A stretch of DNA of 59,955 bases from positions 1 to 59,955 of the forward strand of contig JACVXU010000013.1 in NCBI GenBank assembly GCA_015661185.1, given 5' to 3'. A program made the translations under genes and the position numbers. Below are positions 19,120-28,459 of this stretch, in pieces. The notes below the pieces were generated by a model. It had not been told where the DNA came from. It was given only the letters and a program-made list of their open reading frames with translations, and did no database searches. This DNA is from Bacteroidota bacterium (GTDB taxonomy: Bacteria; Bacteroidota; Ignavibacteria; UBA10030). Within the stretch, counting starts at the first letter, position 1; each line of letters begins with the position of its first letter.

Positions 19120-19943
19120 TGCACAGCCCTACCGTAGACCTCGACTTCTATGTAATGATTGAGTTCGTTCGCTGTATTCCCGCGGCTGTAGAGACGGACA
19201 TACCTCCCTTGTACACCCTTCGCATCGATCAGTTTGCCTTCCGATGTCTCGACATAACTCATGTCCTTCCCCACTCCCCTTCCGGACGAATTATCGATGT
19301 CATTATTGAACACTGTCTGCACATTGGAGATGAAGTCGGAATCATCCGCCACCTGGACAATGAAATCGTGATAGACGACGGCTTGTTTATGATAATGCCA
19401 TACCACAAGGGCGTAGATATTATGACGGGCCTTTAAGTCGATCATGACATACTGCAATTTAGGGCCAAGCTCCACGAAGCTCCCTTCGGCGGCCTCCTTA
19501 TCGCCGTCGGTGATCATCGAAAGTTCGCCGATGACCGGTTGTTCGTCGGAGCTGCTGACCGCTTTTTTAAACGCAACGTTCCTCGTGCCTGCCGGAGCAA
19601 GGAATGGCGGGCGTGGTTTGCCAAGAGGCTTTTCCAGGTTTAGTACGGCAATATTCGTCGGCGTTCCCACAAACATTGGCTTAGGAAGTTTGATGTCCAG
19701 TTGAACGAGCTGCACATTTGCTGCCTGACCTGCAGGAGCGGTGGTTGTTGTCTGTCCCGGTTGAGATGTCGTCTGACCTGAAGATTGACCCTGCACAATT
19801 CCCTGCGCAGGCGCGGCAGCCTGCTGTCGCTGAGGTGTTTGTTGAGCCGGCTGCTGATTCTGCTGCTCAGAAGATTTTTGACACGACATCAGCAAGACTG
19901 TGCAGACGAATACGAAAAGGAGTTTACTCCAAGACTGTTTCAC
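19116..19943 (-). CDS. Lipoprotein with Gln/Thr-rich linker and discoidin/galactose-binding-like domain
   Basis: Lipobox LMSC; Q/T/P-rich linker; NVAFKKAVSSS...ITDGD...VMIDL...RYVRLY...EVEVYG discoidin pattern. Confidence 0.75.
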   Translation of the reverse strand: MKQSWSKLLFVFVCTVLLMSCQKSSEQQNQQPAQQTPQRQQAAAPAQGIVQGQSSGQTTSQPGQTTTTAPAGQAANVQLVQLDIKLPKPMFVGTPTNIAVLNLEKPLGKPRPPFLAPAGTRNVAFKKAVSSSDEQPVIGELSMITDGDKEAAEGSFVELGPKLQYVMIDLKARHNIYALVVWHYHKQAVVYHDFIVQVADDSDFISNVQTVFNNDIDNSSGRGVGKDMSYVETSEGKLIDAKGVQGRYVRLYSRGNTANELNHYIEVEVYGRAVQ

Positions 19944-19946
19944 GTG

Positions 19947-20615
19947 TTACTCCTTCACAAATTGTTCGGGTGATTGTTTAACATAGGCTATGGTGAGATA
20001 TAGATGAACGATCGCAACAAGCATCAGGAAGAGCGCACTGTATCCATGCAACCGGATGAGGACTTCTTCTCCTTCCGTTCCAAACAGGGGATACAATCCA
20101 AGGATGACGGTGAGCATGAGAGGAAGCGAGAGAACACTCACGAGCCAAAAGCAGGTCTTCCAGGCAAATCGGATAATGTTTTCTTTTTCCTGATACCGAT
20201 TGTTGATGAGCCCTCGGACTGCTTCCCCGTCACTTCTCAGGAAACGGAGGCGATGCGCCCAGAGAAGTGCCAGAGCCGAAAGAGAAAGTGCAAACAACGG
20301 TGCCACGGTTACGTGGATCACGAGAAGAATTCCGGTCAGATGATCGCCAAGAACGAGGAGTGGTACGAATCCGGTTATCGCGAGCAGGAGGAAAACAAGA
20401 ACCGTCAGGAGGAAAACAATTCTTCGTGCGAAGAGAAGGATATTCTCAGCAAGAAGAGCCTGTCGCTTCTGCCAAACAAGTAAAGGAAGCCTCATCTGAG
20501 AGACGAGAAACTCCCGAACGGCATTCCAATTCTTCCATTGACGTTTGAGATCATAGGCCAGAGCAGCGAAGAGTAGCAAAAGAGCCAGGCCAGAGATAGT
20601 TCGAAACAATGTCAT
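19947..20615 (-). CDS. Cytochrome b-like membrane protein
   Basis: About 5 TM helices; LLAITGF...VIH...WAH and RLHGYS...IVH histidines spaced like di-heme cytochrome b anchors; ATGA overlap with the cytochrome c gene. Confidence 0.6.
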   Translation of the reverse strand: MTLFRTISGLALLLLFAALAYDLKRQWKNWNAVREFLVSQMRLPLLVWQKRQALLAENILLFARRIVFLLTVLVFLLLAITGFVPLLVLGDHLTGILLVIHVTVAPLFALSLSALALLWAHRLRFLRSDGEAVRGLINNRYQEKENIIRFAWKTCFWLVSVLSLPLMLTVILGLYPLFGTEGEEVLIRLHGYSALFLMLVAIVHLYLTIAYVKQSPEQFVKE

Positions 20616-22498
20616 TCTTCTTCCAGTGCAAGTGAACGGATCATACGCGCGAGCCCGCGCATGGTATAAAGAAGCACAATCGATGCCATCAGGAGAAAAC
20701 AAAGGATGATGATCAGTTGTAACCCGGGCCGGAAGAGAAACGACATCGAGAAAAGCCAGGCTGAGATTGCGGCTTTATCCTGAAAGTGTGTCATGCGCTC
20801 GACAGAATCTTGATCTGCAACATAGGGAGAGGCGACAAGCACCGTGCCGAAATGAAACGGAGCATCAGTCGCATGACAATCTGTGCAACCACGAACGCCG
20901 AGTGATTGCGCCTTGGGTCTGACGTCATGTGCAAGCGGCCAGAGATAGGGGGTTGCCGCTTCGTGATCCGATGTCTCAAGCTTTCCATCGGGTCCCATCG
21001 AGAAGAGTTTCCCCGAACTTACATAGACAGGAGTTCGCGTCGAGTCCAAAGCTTGCAGGCATTGGAGAATACCGTGAATATCACTCTCTCGTAAGATCGG
21101 CCATCGCGACAATACGCGTGTCGTATCTTTGGAGAGGATTTCCATCACAAGAGGGCGAACAACTTCCGGTAGGATAGGTGTCACATCATTGTCTTTTCTG
21201 AATCCCCAAAAGGCCGGCCAAAAAAGATTGTGGGGAGCATATGTGCCGTTTGCCTGTTTTGCAAAAACAGGAGCAACAATCTGCGGTAAGGCATCGTCCG
21301 CCTTATCGGCTTTGGGTATTCCGAGTGCATGGGCTCTTGATGTTTTCACACGAACTGTTGCCGAGGCGGGCCATGGACCCGAGTGGCAGGCGGTGCATGC
21401 AAGTCTTTCAAAATGGACAGGTGGAATTCCAAGATGCTGTGGTCGCGGTGCACCCTTTTTCCCCTGCCGGGGGATTGAAGTGTCATCGATTCCGATATGA
21501 CATCCCTTGCAGGTGAGGAATGCAGCAGCCGGTTTTCCGTTCAATTCCGCTTCGCCTTCATATCCACGCACCATTTGATGATCCAGACCATTTCTATGGC
21601 AATCGACACAGACCATTCCTGCAGCAAGATGAACGTCCTCTTCCCCCTCCCAGCGCTCCGGTTGTGACGGATCGATGACCTTTGAGGAGTGGCAGAAGGA
21701 GCATTGGGTGTGTGGCATCTTGCGGGGAACGTTGAAAAGAACTTTTCCAGTCACATCGAACCGCGACGAGTTGTAGGTAACTGTCGGTGGAAGAAAATTT
21801 GATTTCTCCGGAGGGACGGCGGAGTAGAGATCATAACTATCCGGCATCTCTCCTGCAGTTCCCTGCACGGTAGTAAATCCACTGCTCGCAGCAGCGGCCC
21901 AGCGGAAATTCTGCCGAAGGACCTGAACACCATATTCCGCTTGATTCTGTGCAGGATCGGCATTATGACAACTCTGACAATTCACATCGAGACTTCCCGA
22001 GACTTGCCAGCGCATGTAATCGTTGAGATCCTGAAGAGTCTCGTTTTCTCCAACTCCCCCCCCGGGCAAATGACGCCCGAATGTCGTAAGGAATTTGAAG
22101 GTCGAAAGACCAAGTGCAGCAGGATTGTAGGTCCCATTCCATTTCCTGTACGAGAGCGGAATTTGCACTGCTGCCTGACGGTCGACGAAAATCCACGGCT
22201 CACCGGCACGACCAGGGTGAACACTCGAATCTGCAGCATTGAAGTGCCATCCGGCTCGAATTTTCTCATAGTCGTGACATTTCCGGCACGTCTGTTTTGC
22301 TGAGAATGGCATGACAGGTTTCTCATCAAGGTTGATGACGTGATCGAACTCGTCACACAACTTGATCAAATGAACCGGCAGAGCCCTGTTACCATCGGCC
22401 ACATCTCCGATGGTAGTGGAAGTCTGCCCTGCAACAGTTCCGAGAGCCATAAAGAGAGGAATCAGGATACGAACAATATTCTTCCGTTCAGTCATCAT
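20612..22498 (-). CDS. Multiheme (7 CxxCH) cytochrome c with C-terminal membrane anchor
   Basis: CRKCH, CQSCH, CSFCH, CVDCH, CKGCH, CTACH, CTDCH; N-terminal signal peptide; hydrophobic C-terminal helix. Confidence 0.9.
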   Translation of the reverse strand: MMTERKNIVRILIPLFMALGTVAGQTSTTIGDVADGNRALPVHLIKLCDEFDHVINLDEKPVMPFSAKQTCRKCHDYEKIRAGWHFNAADSSVHPGRAGEPWIFVDRQAAVQIPLSYRKWNGTYNPAALGLSTFKFLTTFGRHLPGGGVGENETLQDLNDYMRWQVSGSLDVNCQSCHNADPAQNQAEYGVQVLRQNFRWAAAASSGFTTVQGTAGEMPDSYDLYSAVPPEKSNFLPPTVTYNSSRFDVTGKVLFNVPRKMPHTQCSFCHSSKVIDPSQPERWEGEEDVHLAAGMVCVDCHRNGLDHQMVRGYEGEAELNGKPAAAFLTCKGCHIGIDDTSIPRQGKKGAPRPQHLGIPPVHFERLACTACHSGPWPASATVRVKTSRAHALGIPKADKADDALPQIVAPVFAKQANGTYAPHNLFWPAFWGFRKDNDVTPILPEVVRPLVMEILSKDTTRVLSRWPILRESDIHGILQCLQALDSTRTPVYVSSGKLFSMGPDGKLETSDHEAATPYLWPLAHDVRPKAQSLGVRGCTDCHATDAPFHFGTVLVASPYVADQDSVERMTHFQDKAAISAWLFSMSFLFRPGLQLIIILCFLLMASIVLLYTMRGLARMIRSLALEEE

Positions 22499-23839
22499 TC
22501 AAACCTTGAACTCTTGATTGTCAAACGTCAGCTTTCTGCCTGTCTCAACCGCTTCGTTGACCTTGAGAACAGTCACAGCAGTTTCGTAAGCCACTTCGGC
22601 AGGGCAGTTGAGTCTTTCTTTTCCCTGGATGGCATTGAAGAAATTATCCAGGTGAGGTTTGTGGTACGGGTCATCGAATTTCACAGGAAGTTCAAACGAT
22701 GGTGGAGATACGGTTTCCCGTACATCAAGCACTGCATCGGTCTGAGGTTTCTTTTGTTCTCCGGTCGGCGCTTTCAAATATCCCATTGATACCCACTTGT
22801 CCCATTCGGGCGCGGTCGGCTCCCGGTATGCAGCACCGCGGCCTCCCGATTCTGAAATGACCAACGTCCCCTGATCGCCCATGAAACTTTCGAAGTAGCC
22901 CTGATTGCTGTTCGTGGAAATGGTTTGGTAGAAGGCACGGACTTTTCCGAATGTCGTTTCGTATTCAAATGTCGCGAGGACGGTATCAAACCACTCATGC
23001 GTCCTCCGATCGTAGTAGTCGATACCTCCGCTCGCCACGATAGTGTTCGGACGGGCATTCAAAAACCAGTTATAAATATCCAGCTGATGCGATCCGAGGT
23101 CCACGACAGGTCCGCCGCCGAGATGCCGGTACCACCGCCAGTTTCGAAATTCCTCCATCGAGCGGAAGCCATACTTTTTCAGAATGGAAGGTTCAATGGA
23201 AGATCCCTTCGGCCAGCCATTGTCAGGTTGAAGAGACCGGTTCCACTGTCCATTCACCGTGGTAATTCTTCCGAGAATCTTCGCTTCCTGAATGAGTCGT
23301 TTGTACGAATGAACATACTTGGGATTGCTTCTTCGTTGATGCCCGATTTGCAGCAGCTTCCGCGATTGCCGGGCGGCGCGAACCATTTGCCGTGCACCCT
23401 CTAGGGTGTTGGACATTTCCTTTTCGCAATAGACATGAAGACCAGCGCTCAAACAGTCGACCGTGTGCTGGGCGTGCCAGAAATCGGGAGTGGCAATCAG
23501 GACGGCGTCCAGTCCTTTTTCTTTTGCCAGCATCTGACGATAATCTTCGTACGCGTTGACTTTGTGGCCAAACTTATCAAGCATGCGCTGGGCACGTTTC
23601 AAGTTATACGCCTCCCAGATATCGCAGACCGCTTTGAATCGGACATTGGGGATTTTCAGGCATGCGTTCATCAATACCTGACCCTGCGCCCCGGCCCCCA
23701 ACAAGGCAATCCTCAACTCGTCTGAGGAAGAGGTCTTCTGTTCTGCCATCGCAGCCTCACTGCTCGAATTCGTTATGAGCAATCCTGCACCTGCAGCGGC
23801 GGTATATTGTAAAAACTTACGTCGATCAATTCCTGTCAT
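22499..23839 (-). CDS. Tat-exported Gfo/Idh/MocA oxidoreductase
   Basis: DRRKFLQ Tat motif; GAGAQG; ATPDFWH; HVYCEKEM; NWRWY...GGG..VDLGSHQLD. Confidence 0.92.
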   Translation of the reverse strand: MTGIDRRKFLQYTAAAGAGLLITNSSSEAAMAEQKTSSSDELRIALLGAGAQGQVLMNACLKIPNVRFKAVCDIWEAYNLKRAQRMLDKFGHKVNAYEDYRQMLAKEKGLDAVLIATPDFWHAQHTVDCLSAGLHVYCEKEMSNTLEGARQMVRAARQSRKLLQIGHQRRSNPKYVHSYKRLIQEAKILGRITTVNGQWNRSLQPDNGWPKGSSIEPSILKKYGFRSMEEFRNWRWYRHLGGGPVVDLGSHQLDIYNWFLNARPNTIVASGGIDYYDRRTHEWFDTVLATFEYETTFGKVRAFYQTISTNSNQGYFESFMGDQGTLVISESGGRGAAYREPTAPEWDKWVSMGYLKAPTGEQKKPQTDAVLDVRETVSPPSFELPVKFDDPYHKPHLDNFFNAIQGKERLNCPAEVAYETAVTVLKVNEAVETGRKLTFDNQEFKV

Positions 23840-23849
23840 CTTTCGTCTT

Positions 23850-26800
23850 TCACTCAAGTTCCTTAATGGTGATGTTGCGAAATTCTACCTTCAAACTGTG
23901 ACATTGAAGTCCAATGTATCCCGATCTACGTTTCAACCCAGGGTGCGTCGATTCTTTGTCCATATGCGAAATCAAATCGGCATCGACAATGACTTGATTG
24001 TTAAGCGTTACTAGTACACGCGGACCCTGCGCGACAATGGTGTAGTGCTGCCACTCGCCGGCCTTCTTCGTCACTCGCGGAGATGCTGCCTGCACGCCAT
24101 AGAGACTTCCGCAATACTGCCATGGTTTGAGATTGGCATATTCGGAAGCATAGTCATCAAGAACCTGGATTTCCATTCCAGTATAGGCAGGGTCACCCTG
24201 ACGGGGCGATCTGAGGAAAACTCCGCTATTTCCACCCGGCGCCAATCGGAAATCGAGATCAAGCTGGAAGTTATCATATTCCCGCTCCGTTGAAAGCCAG
24301 CCGCCGCCTTCACCCGTGGTGAAGAGAATTCCATCCTCCACACTCCAGTTCCCTTCTTTTCCATTGATCACTTTCCAGCCTGCCAGATCGCTGCCATTAA
24401 GGAGCGAACCGCTAAAGTATGTTTTGTTCCGGGGAATCTCGCGGATGAAAATATTCCGGAAGTAGAGCGGAGCATTATGTGATTGAAGTTCAATTTGTCC
24501 CCTTGGGAAAATCGGAATCTTCCGATCCCAGTAATTTTCCAGCACGACGCTATCGGCAATCATAACATCGTTGAGATATACCCACACCCGCTCGCCGATC
24601 ATGCGTATGCGGAAGGTGTTCCACTCCCCGATGGGATTGTCGGCTCGTTGCAACGGTTTGCTGGGATTCTTTTGATTATTATAGAGACCTCCGGATCCCA
24701 CCGGCCATTGAGCGGGGTCCCAAATCTGCACCTGCGGCGATCCGCGGAGATATATTCCACTATCCCCTTCCTTATCTATTTTCCAATCGACCAGAAGCTC
24801 AAAGTCCTCGTAGTCATTGACCGTGCACAGGCTCTCACCTTTTCCATCGAAAACGAGAGTACCGTCGGCAACCGACCAGTGGGCCCGCATGGATGAATCT
24901 GCCCGAACTTGTGCAGCAGCTAGCTGGGCGCTCTCCATCTTTGCTCGTTCAATCGGATCAGCAACGAGTCCTTTCCACCCTTTGAGATCTTTTCCACTAA
25001 ATAACGCTTTGAATCCTTCAGGTGGGGCATTCATCCCAGCAGTTGCATCGAAGCTACGCATCACCTGGTTCCGGAATTGCCGGGGTACTTCCGATTCAAT
25101 GAAAGCACGGGCTACAAGTGAAGAACCCAATTCATCGCTCTTTTCACTCTTACCGGAAGAAATCTTTCCTGCAGCAACGGATGCATCCAAACCAAGAGAG
25201 TCGTCTTTGATGAATGGAATAACGAGTTTCAAAGCCTCTTTGCACCGTAAGTTCCCGAGAGCACCAAGAACCAGCCGCTTCTCATCGACGCGTTCCGCGG
25301 CAGCAAGTGTTTCTTCATGATATCGGACAGCGGCTTGAGGTGAAATGGTCGCACTCTCAACGACACGCACGCAACCGCGTAAAGCCAGAACACGAAGATT
25401 CAGTTTCTCCTTGCTTCGGGCGATAACCAGGAGAGAATCGTAAGCCTGGATGGTCGGCCAGTCAACGAGAGCCCGGATTGCGGCATCCCGCACATCGGCA
25501 TCTTTACTTCTGATGCTTTCCATGACAACGGAGAGTGCCTTGGTTCCGCCGATGCGGCCGAGTGTCCGGAGCAGGATGAGACGATTCTCCGGAGATGCCG
25601 ATTGATAGAAGTCTAATACTTTATCTGCTCGTTTCTCTGGATCAACGATTCGTGAACAGAGAGTTACAAGACTCTTCTGCGCTGCTGATCGTTCGGACTC
25701 TTCCTTCAAACCGAGCATAGCTGACAATAACCGCTCTTGATCGATTTCCGTGGCAATAGCTCCCGATGCTTTAAGAGCGGCAAGCCTGATAGACGATGAT
25801 TCCTTTTTTGTCAGGCTGAGGATGGGTTCAAGCGGAACGAGCGAACCGTATTTCCTGAGAAGTTCTGTGAGCATGGCCACAGGCGGAATGACCTGCGTCG
25901 GCGGCAACTGTTCCAACACCTTTTTCACCGTCGCAAGATCGGCTGAATCTTTTCGTACTTGAAGTACATTCAGAATTGAACGAAGGGATTCGACCCCTTT
26001 CAATTGAAAGGCCGCTTCGATCGCAGAACGACGGACCAGACCGCTATCATCATTGATCGATTCGGTGAGAACAGAGTAAGCACTTTGATCTCCGCGCTGA
26101 CCCAGCATATCGAAGATCTCACTCCGGACCATATGACGGGCTGACCCTGCCATCGCCACCCATTTGCCTGTCACTGACTCGCCCGGGATACGAAGTGCCA
26201 ATCGGAGCGCTGCGACTCGGAACTCTTTACTGGAATCGGCCATCGCTTGAAGGAGATCATCAAGAATATCGGGTCCCTTGATTTGCGCTGAGAGCTCAAG
26301 CGCGGCTGCTCGAAAATGATTCTCGGTCTTGGAGGCTCGCTGCACGAGCAGGCTCCTGCAAAGATCCAGCGCCTTTGCACTCTTCCCTGCTTCCAACTGT
26401 CTCCGGGCAAAGAGGAGAAGGTTCCCCGTGAACTCGTTTTTTTCTGTTGTTTGAACGCTTTCAGCGGCCCTGGTGAGCATTTCTTCCGCCCTGATATCTC
26501 CAATATTTGCCAATGCGAAGAGAGCGGTAGGACGAATGGCAGGATCGTTCAAACCGGCTTCTTTCAATAAAGCCTCGACCGCGGCGCGACTACGCAACTC
26601 GCCGAGACTTTTCATCAGAGTGATACGGCAATTGCTCCCTGCTCCTGGGAGCGCCGCCAGCATCGGTGCCTCTGCTCCTTCCCGAATTGCCATCATGGCC
26701 TGCGCGGCTGGTTCACAGAGTTGTTCATGAACAAGAAACCGTGAGATACTCTCTATCGATTCACCTTTTCCAGCCACCTGCAATCGGGCCAGAAGAAACG

Positions 26801-27176
26801 CTGTGTGTTGAACGGGGAGCTGAGCGTCCAGGGCTTTCTTGACACCCGATACAAAGACGAGACGATCAGCCTCACCCCCCTGTCGGATGACGTATGTCGC
26901 CAGACCCTGTAAAGCAAATTCTGCTTGTGCATTACGATCCGTTCCACCAGCTTCGAGCTTTTGACAGACTTCCTGGACGGCACGTTGTCCCATGTGAAGA
27001 ATGGATGAAAACATCCAACGCGCCTCTACGGTGTCCCGGGCCGGCATCCGAGCCAAGAGTTGATCGAGTGTGAAAGGGTGAGAAACCACCGCCTTCTCGA
27101 CGGGTCTCGGTGAAGAACAACCAGACAGGAGCCAGGAGATCAACAGGAGAGCAGTAAGCACGGTACATTTCTTCAT
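23850..27176 (-). CDS. Lipoprotein: HEAT/PBS repeats plus two DUF1080 (3-keto-disaccharide hydrolase-like) domains
   Basis: ATG 27176 with AGGAG RBS, lipobox LSGC; many HEAT-like repeats; two LFxGxDLxGW...[DN]SG[IV][YF]LR...LQxH...FRNI domains; 1108 aa. Confidence 0.88.
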   Translation of the reverse strand: MKKCTVLTALLLISWLLSGCSSPRPVEKAVVSHPFTLDQLLARMPARDTVEARWMFSSILHMGQRAVQEVCQKLEAGGTDRNAQAEFALQGLATYVIRQGGEADRLVFVSGVKKALDAQLPVQHTAFLLARLQVAGKGESIESISRFLVHEQLCEPAAQAMMAIREGAEAPMLAALPGAGSNCRITLMKSLGELRSRAAVEALLKEAGLNDPAIRPTALFALANIGDIRAEEMLTRAAESVQTTEKNEFTGNLLLFARRQLEAGKSAKALDLCRSLLVQRASKTENHFRAAALELSAQIKGPDILDDLLQAMADSSKEFRVAALRLALRIPGESVTGKWVAMAGSARHMVRSEIFDMLGQRGDQSAYSVLTESINDDSGLVRRSAIEAAFQLKGVESLRSILNVLQVRKDSADLATVKKVLEQLPPTQVIPPVAMLTELLRKYGSLVPLEPILSLTKKESSSIRLAALKASGAIATEIDQERLLSAMLGLKEESERSAAQKSLVTLCSRIVDPEKRADKVLDFYQSASPENRLILLRTLGRIGGTKALSVVMESIRSKDADVRDAAIRALVDWPTIQAYDSLLVIARSKEKLNLRVLALRGCVRVVESATISPQAAVRYHEETLAAAERVDEKRLVLGALGNLRCKEALKLVIPFIKDDSLGLDASVAAGKISSGKSEKSDELGSSLVARAFIESEVPRQFRNQVMRSFDATAGMNAPPEGFKALFSGKDLKGWKGLVADPIERAKMESAQLAAAQVRADSSMRAHWSVADGTLVFDGKGESLCTVNDYEDFELLVDWKIDKEGDSGIYLRGSPQVQIWDPAQWPVGSGGLYNNQKNPSKPLQRADNPIGEWNTFRIRMIGERVWVYLNDVMIADSVVLENYWDRKIPIFPRGQIELQSHNAPLYFRNIFIREIPRNKTYFSGSLLNGSDLAGWKVINGKEGNWSVEDGILFTTGEGGGWLSTEREYDNFQLDLDFRLAPGGNSGVFLRSPRQGDPAYTGMEIQVLDDYASEYANLKPWQYCGSLYGVQAASPRVTKKAGEWQHYTIVAQGPRVLVTLNNQVIVDADLISHMDKESTHPGLKRRSGYIGLQCHSLKVEFRNITIKELE

Positions 27177-27192
27177 AGTTTGGGTCTCTCCT

Positions 27193-28452
27193 TTATAAAT
27201 GCCACGGTGCACGCATGGGTGGATCGATGAGTCTATTTGCAGCCTCATCATCCTTGCATCGCTGGGTGACCGGATCAAATGTGATGTTTCGATTCAGCTG
27301 CCAGGCAATTTTTGCCAGGTTGACGAGCGTTGCTGACCGATGTCCATTAAGCTCATTCAGCGCAAATCTCTTTCGTGTTCGAACCGAGGTGGCAAAGTCT
27401 GTGATTAGCGGCTCGGGCTCCGGAGTTGCTGCCAGCTTTTCTTTGAAATGTGGAATCGTGCATCGAAACCCCTTGAATAATTTTCCATTAGGACCCTCGA
27501 TGAAGGGAATATCTTTCTTATCCGGATCAGCTTCAAGAACGATCCGGCAACGATCCGCATACTTGATGACAATGTTCCGGAACGATCCTGCAGCTTCCGG
27601 ATGCTGGGGTGCAGAGTCGACTTCAATTTCAACCGGACTCTCTTCATCCTTTCCCATGAGGTATTGTGTGCCATCGAGGTAATGTTGTCCCATATCTCCC
27701 AGTCCTCCTCCATCATAATCCCAATAGCCGCGAAAATTTGCATGGACTCGATGGGGATGATACGGTTTATAGGGTGCAGGACCGAGCCAGAAATCGTAAT
27801 CCAATTGCGGGGGAATCCATTGCGGAGTGAGACCTGTTTTTCCGCTCCAGTAGAACTTCCAATCGAATCCAGTCTGTGCTGCGATCGTGACCGTCAGCGG
27901 CCATCCGAGCAATCCGCTGTTGACCACGCGACGGAATTCACGGGCTGATGCACCGCTGCCATAGAAATGATCCGATGTAAATCGCCACCATGTATTAATG
28001 CGAAACATTGTTCCGTAGGTGTTCACAGCTTCGACCAGCTTTTCACCCTCGATAATCGTTCGGGTCATCGGTTTCTCACACCAGATATCCTTCCCTGCCT
28101 TTGCAGCCGCGATGGCAATAAGGCCATGCCAATGCGGGGGTGTGGCGATATGAATAATGTCGATGTCCTTTCGCTCCAGCACTTCCCTGAAATCCTTATA
28201 CCCTTTGACTCCGGGTCCGCCGATTTCCATTCCTTCTTTGAGATGATCTTCATCAACATCACACACAGCAAGGAGACGCGCTCCGGTATTTCGCAGGTGC
28301 CAGTGTCCCATACCTCCGACACCGACCACTGCTTTCGTCAGCTCGTCGCTTGGCGGGGTGTAGCCATTACCTCCAAGGACGCGCCGCGGTACGATCGTGA
28401 ATGCTCCGAGTGCAAGAGCCGATTGAATAAACCTTCGTCGGGTGAGTTCCAT
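27193..28452 (-). CDS. Tat-exported Gfo/Idh/MocA oxidoreductase
   Basis: TRRRFIQ; GVGGMG; ATPPHWH; WCEKPM; YDFWLGPAP; DMGQHYLD; ends MRAPWHL. Confidence 0.92.
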   Translation of the reverse strand: MELTRRRFIQSALALGAFTIVPRRVLGGNGYTPPSDELTKAVVGVGGMGHWHLRNTGARLLAVCDVDEDHLKEGMEIGGPGVKGYKDFREVLERKDIDIIHIATPPHWHGLIAIAAAKAGKDIWCEKPMTRTIIEGEKLVEAVNTYGTMFRINTWWRFTSDHFYGSGASAREFRRVVNSGLLGWPLTVTIAAQTGFDWKFYWSGKTGLTPQWIPPQLDYDFWLGPAPYKPYHPHRVHANFRGYWDYDGGGLGDMGQHYLDGTQYLMGKDEESPVEIEVDSAPQHPEAAGSFRNIVIKYADRCRIVLEADPDKKDIPFIEGPNGKLFKGFRCTIPHFKEKLAATPEPEPLITDFATSVRTRKRFALNELNGHRSATLVNLAKIAWQLNRNITFDPVTQRCKDDEAANRLIDPPMRAPWHL

Positions 28453-28459
28453 AGGTTTC

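Noticed and set aside
27177..27278. Longer start for the HEAT-DUF1080 gene
   Set aside because: Overlaps the upstream gene; ATG 27176 has an RBS and gives a proper lipoprotein signal.
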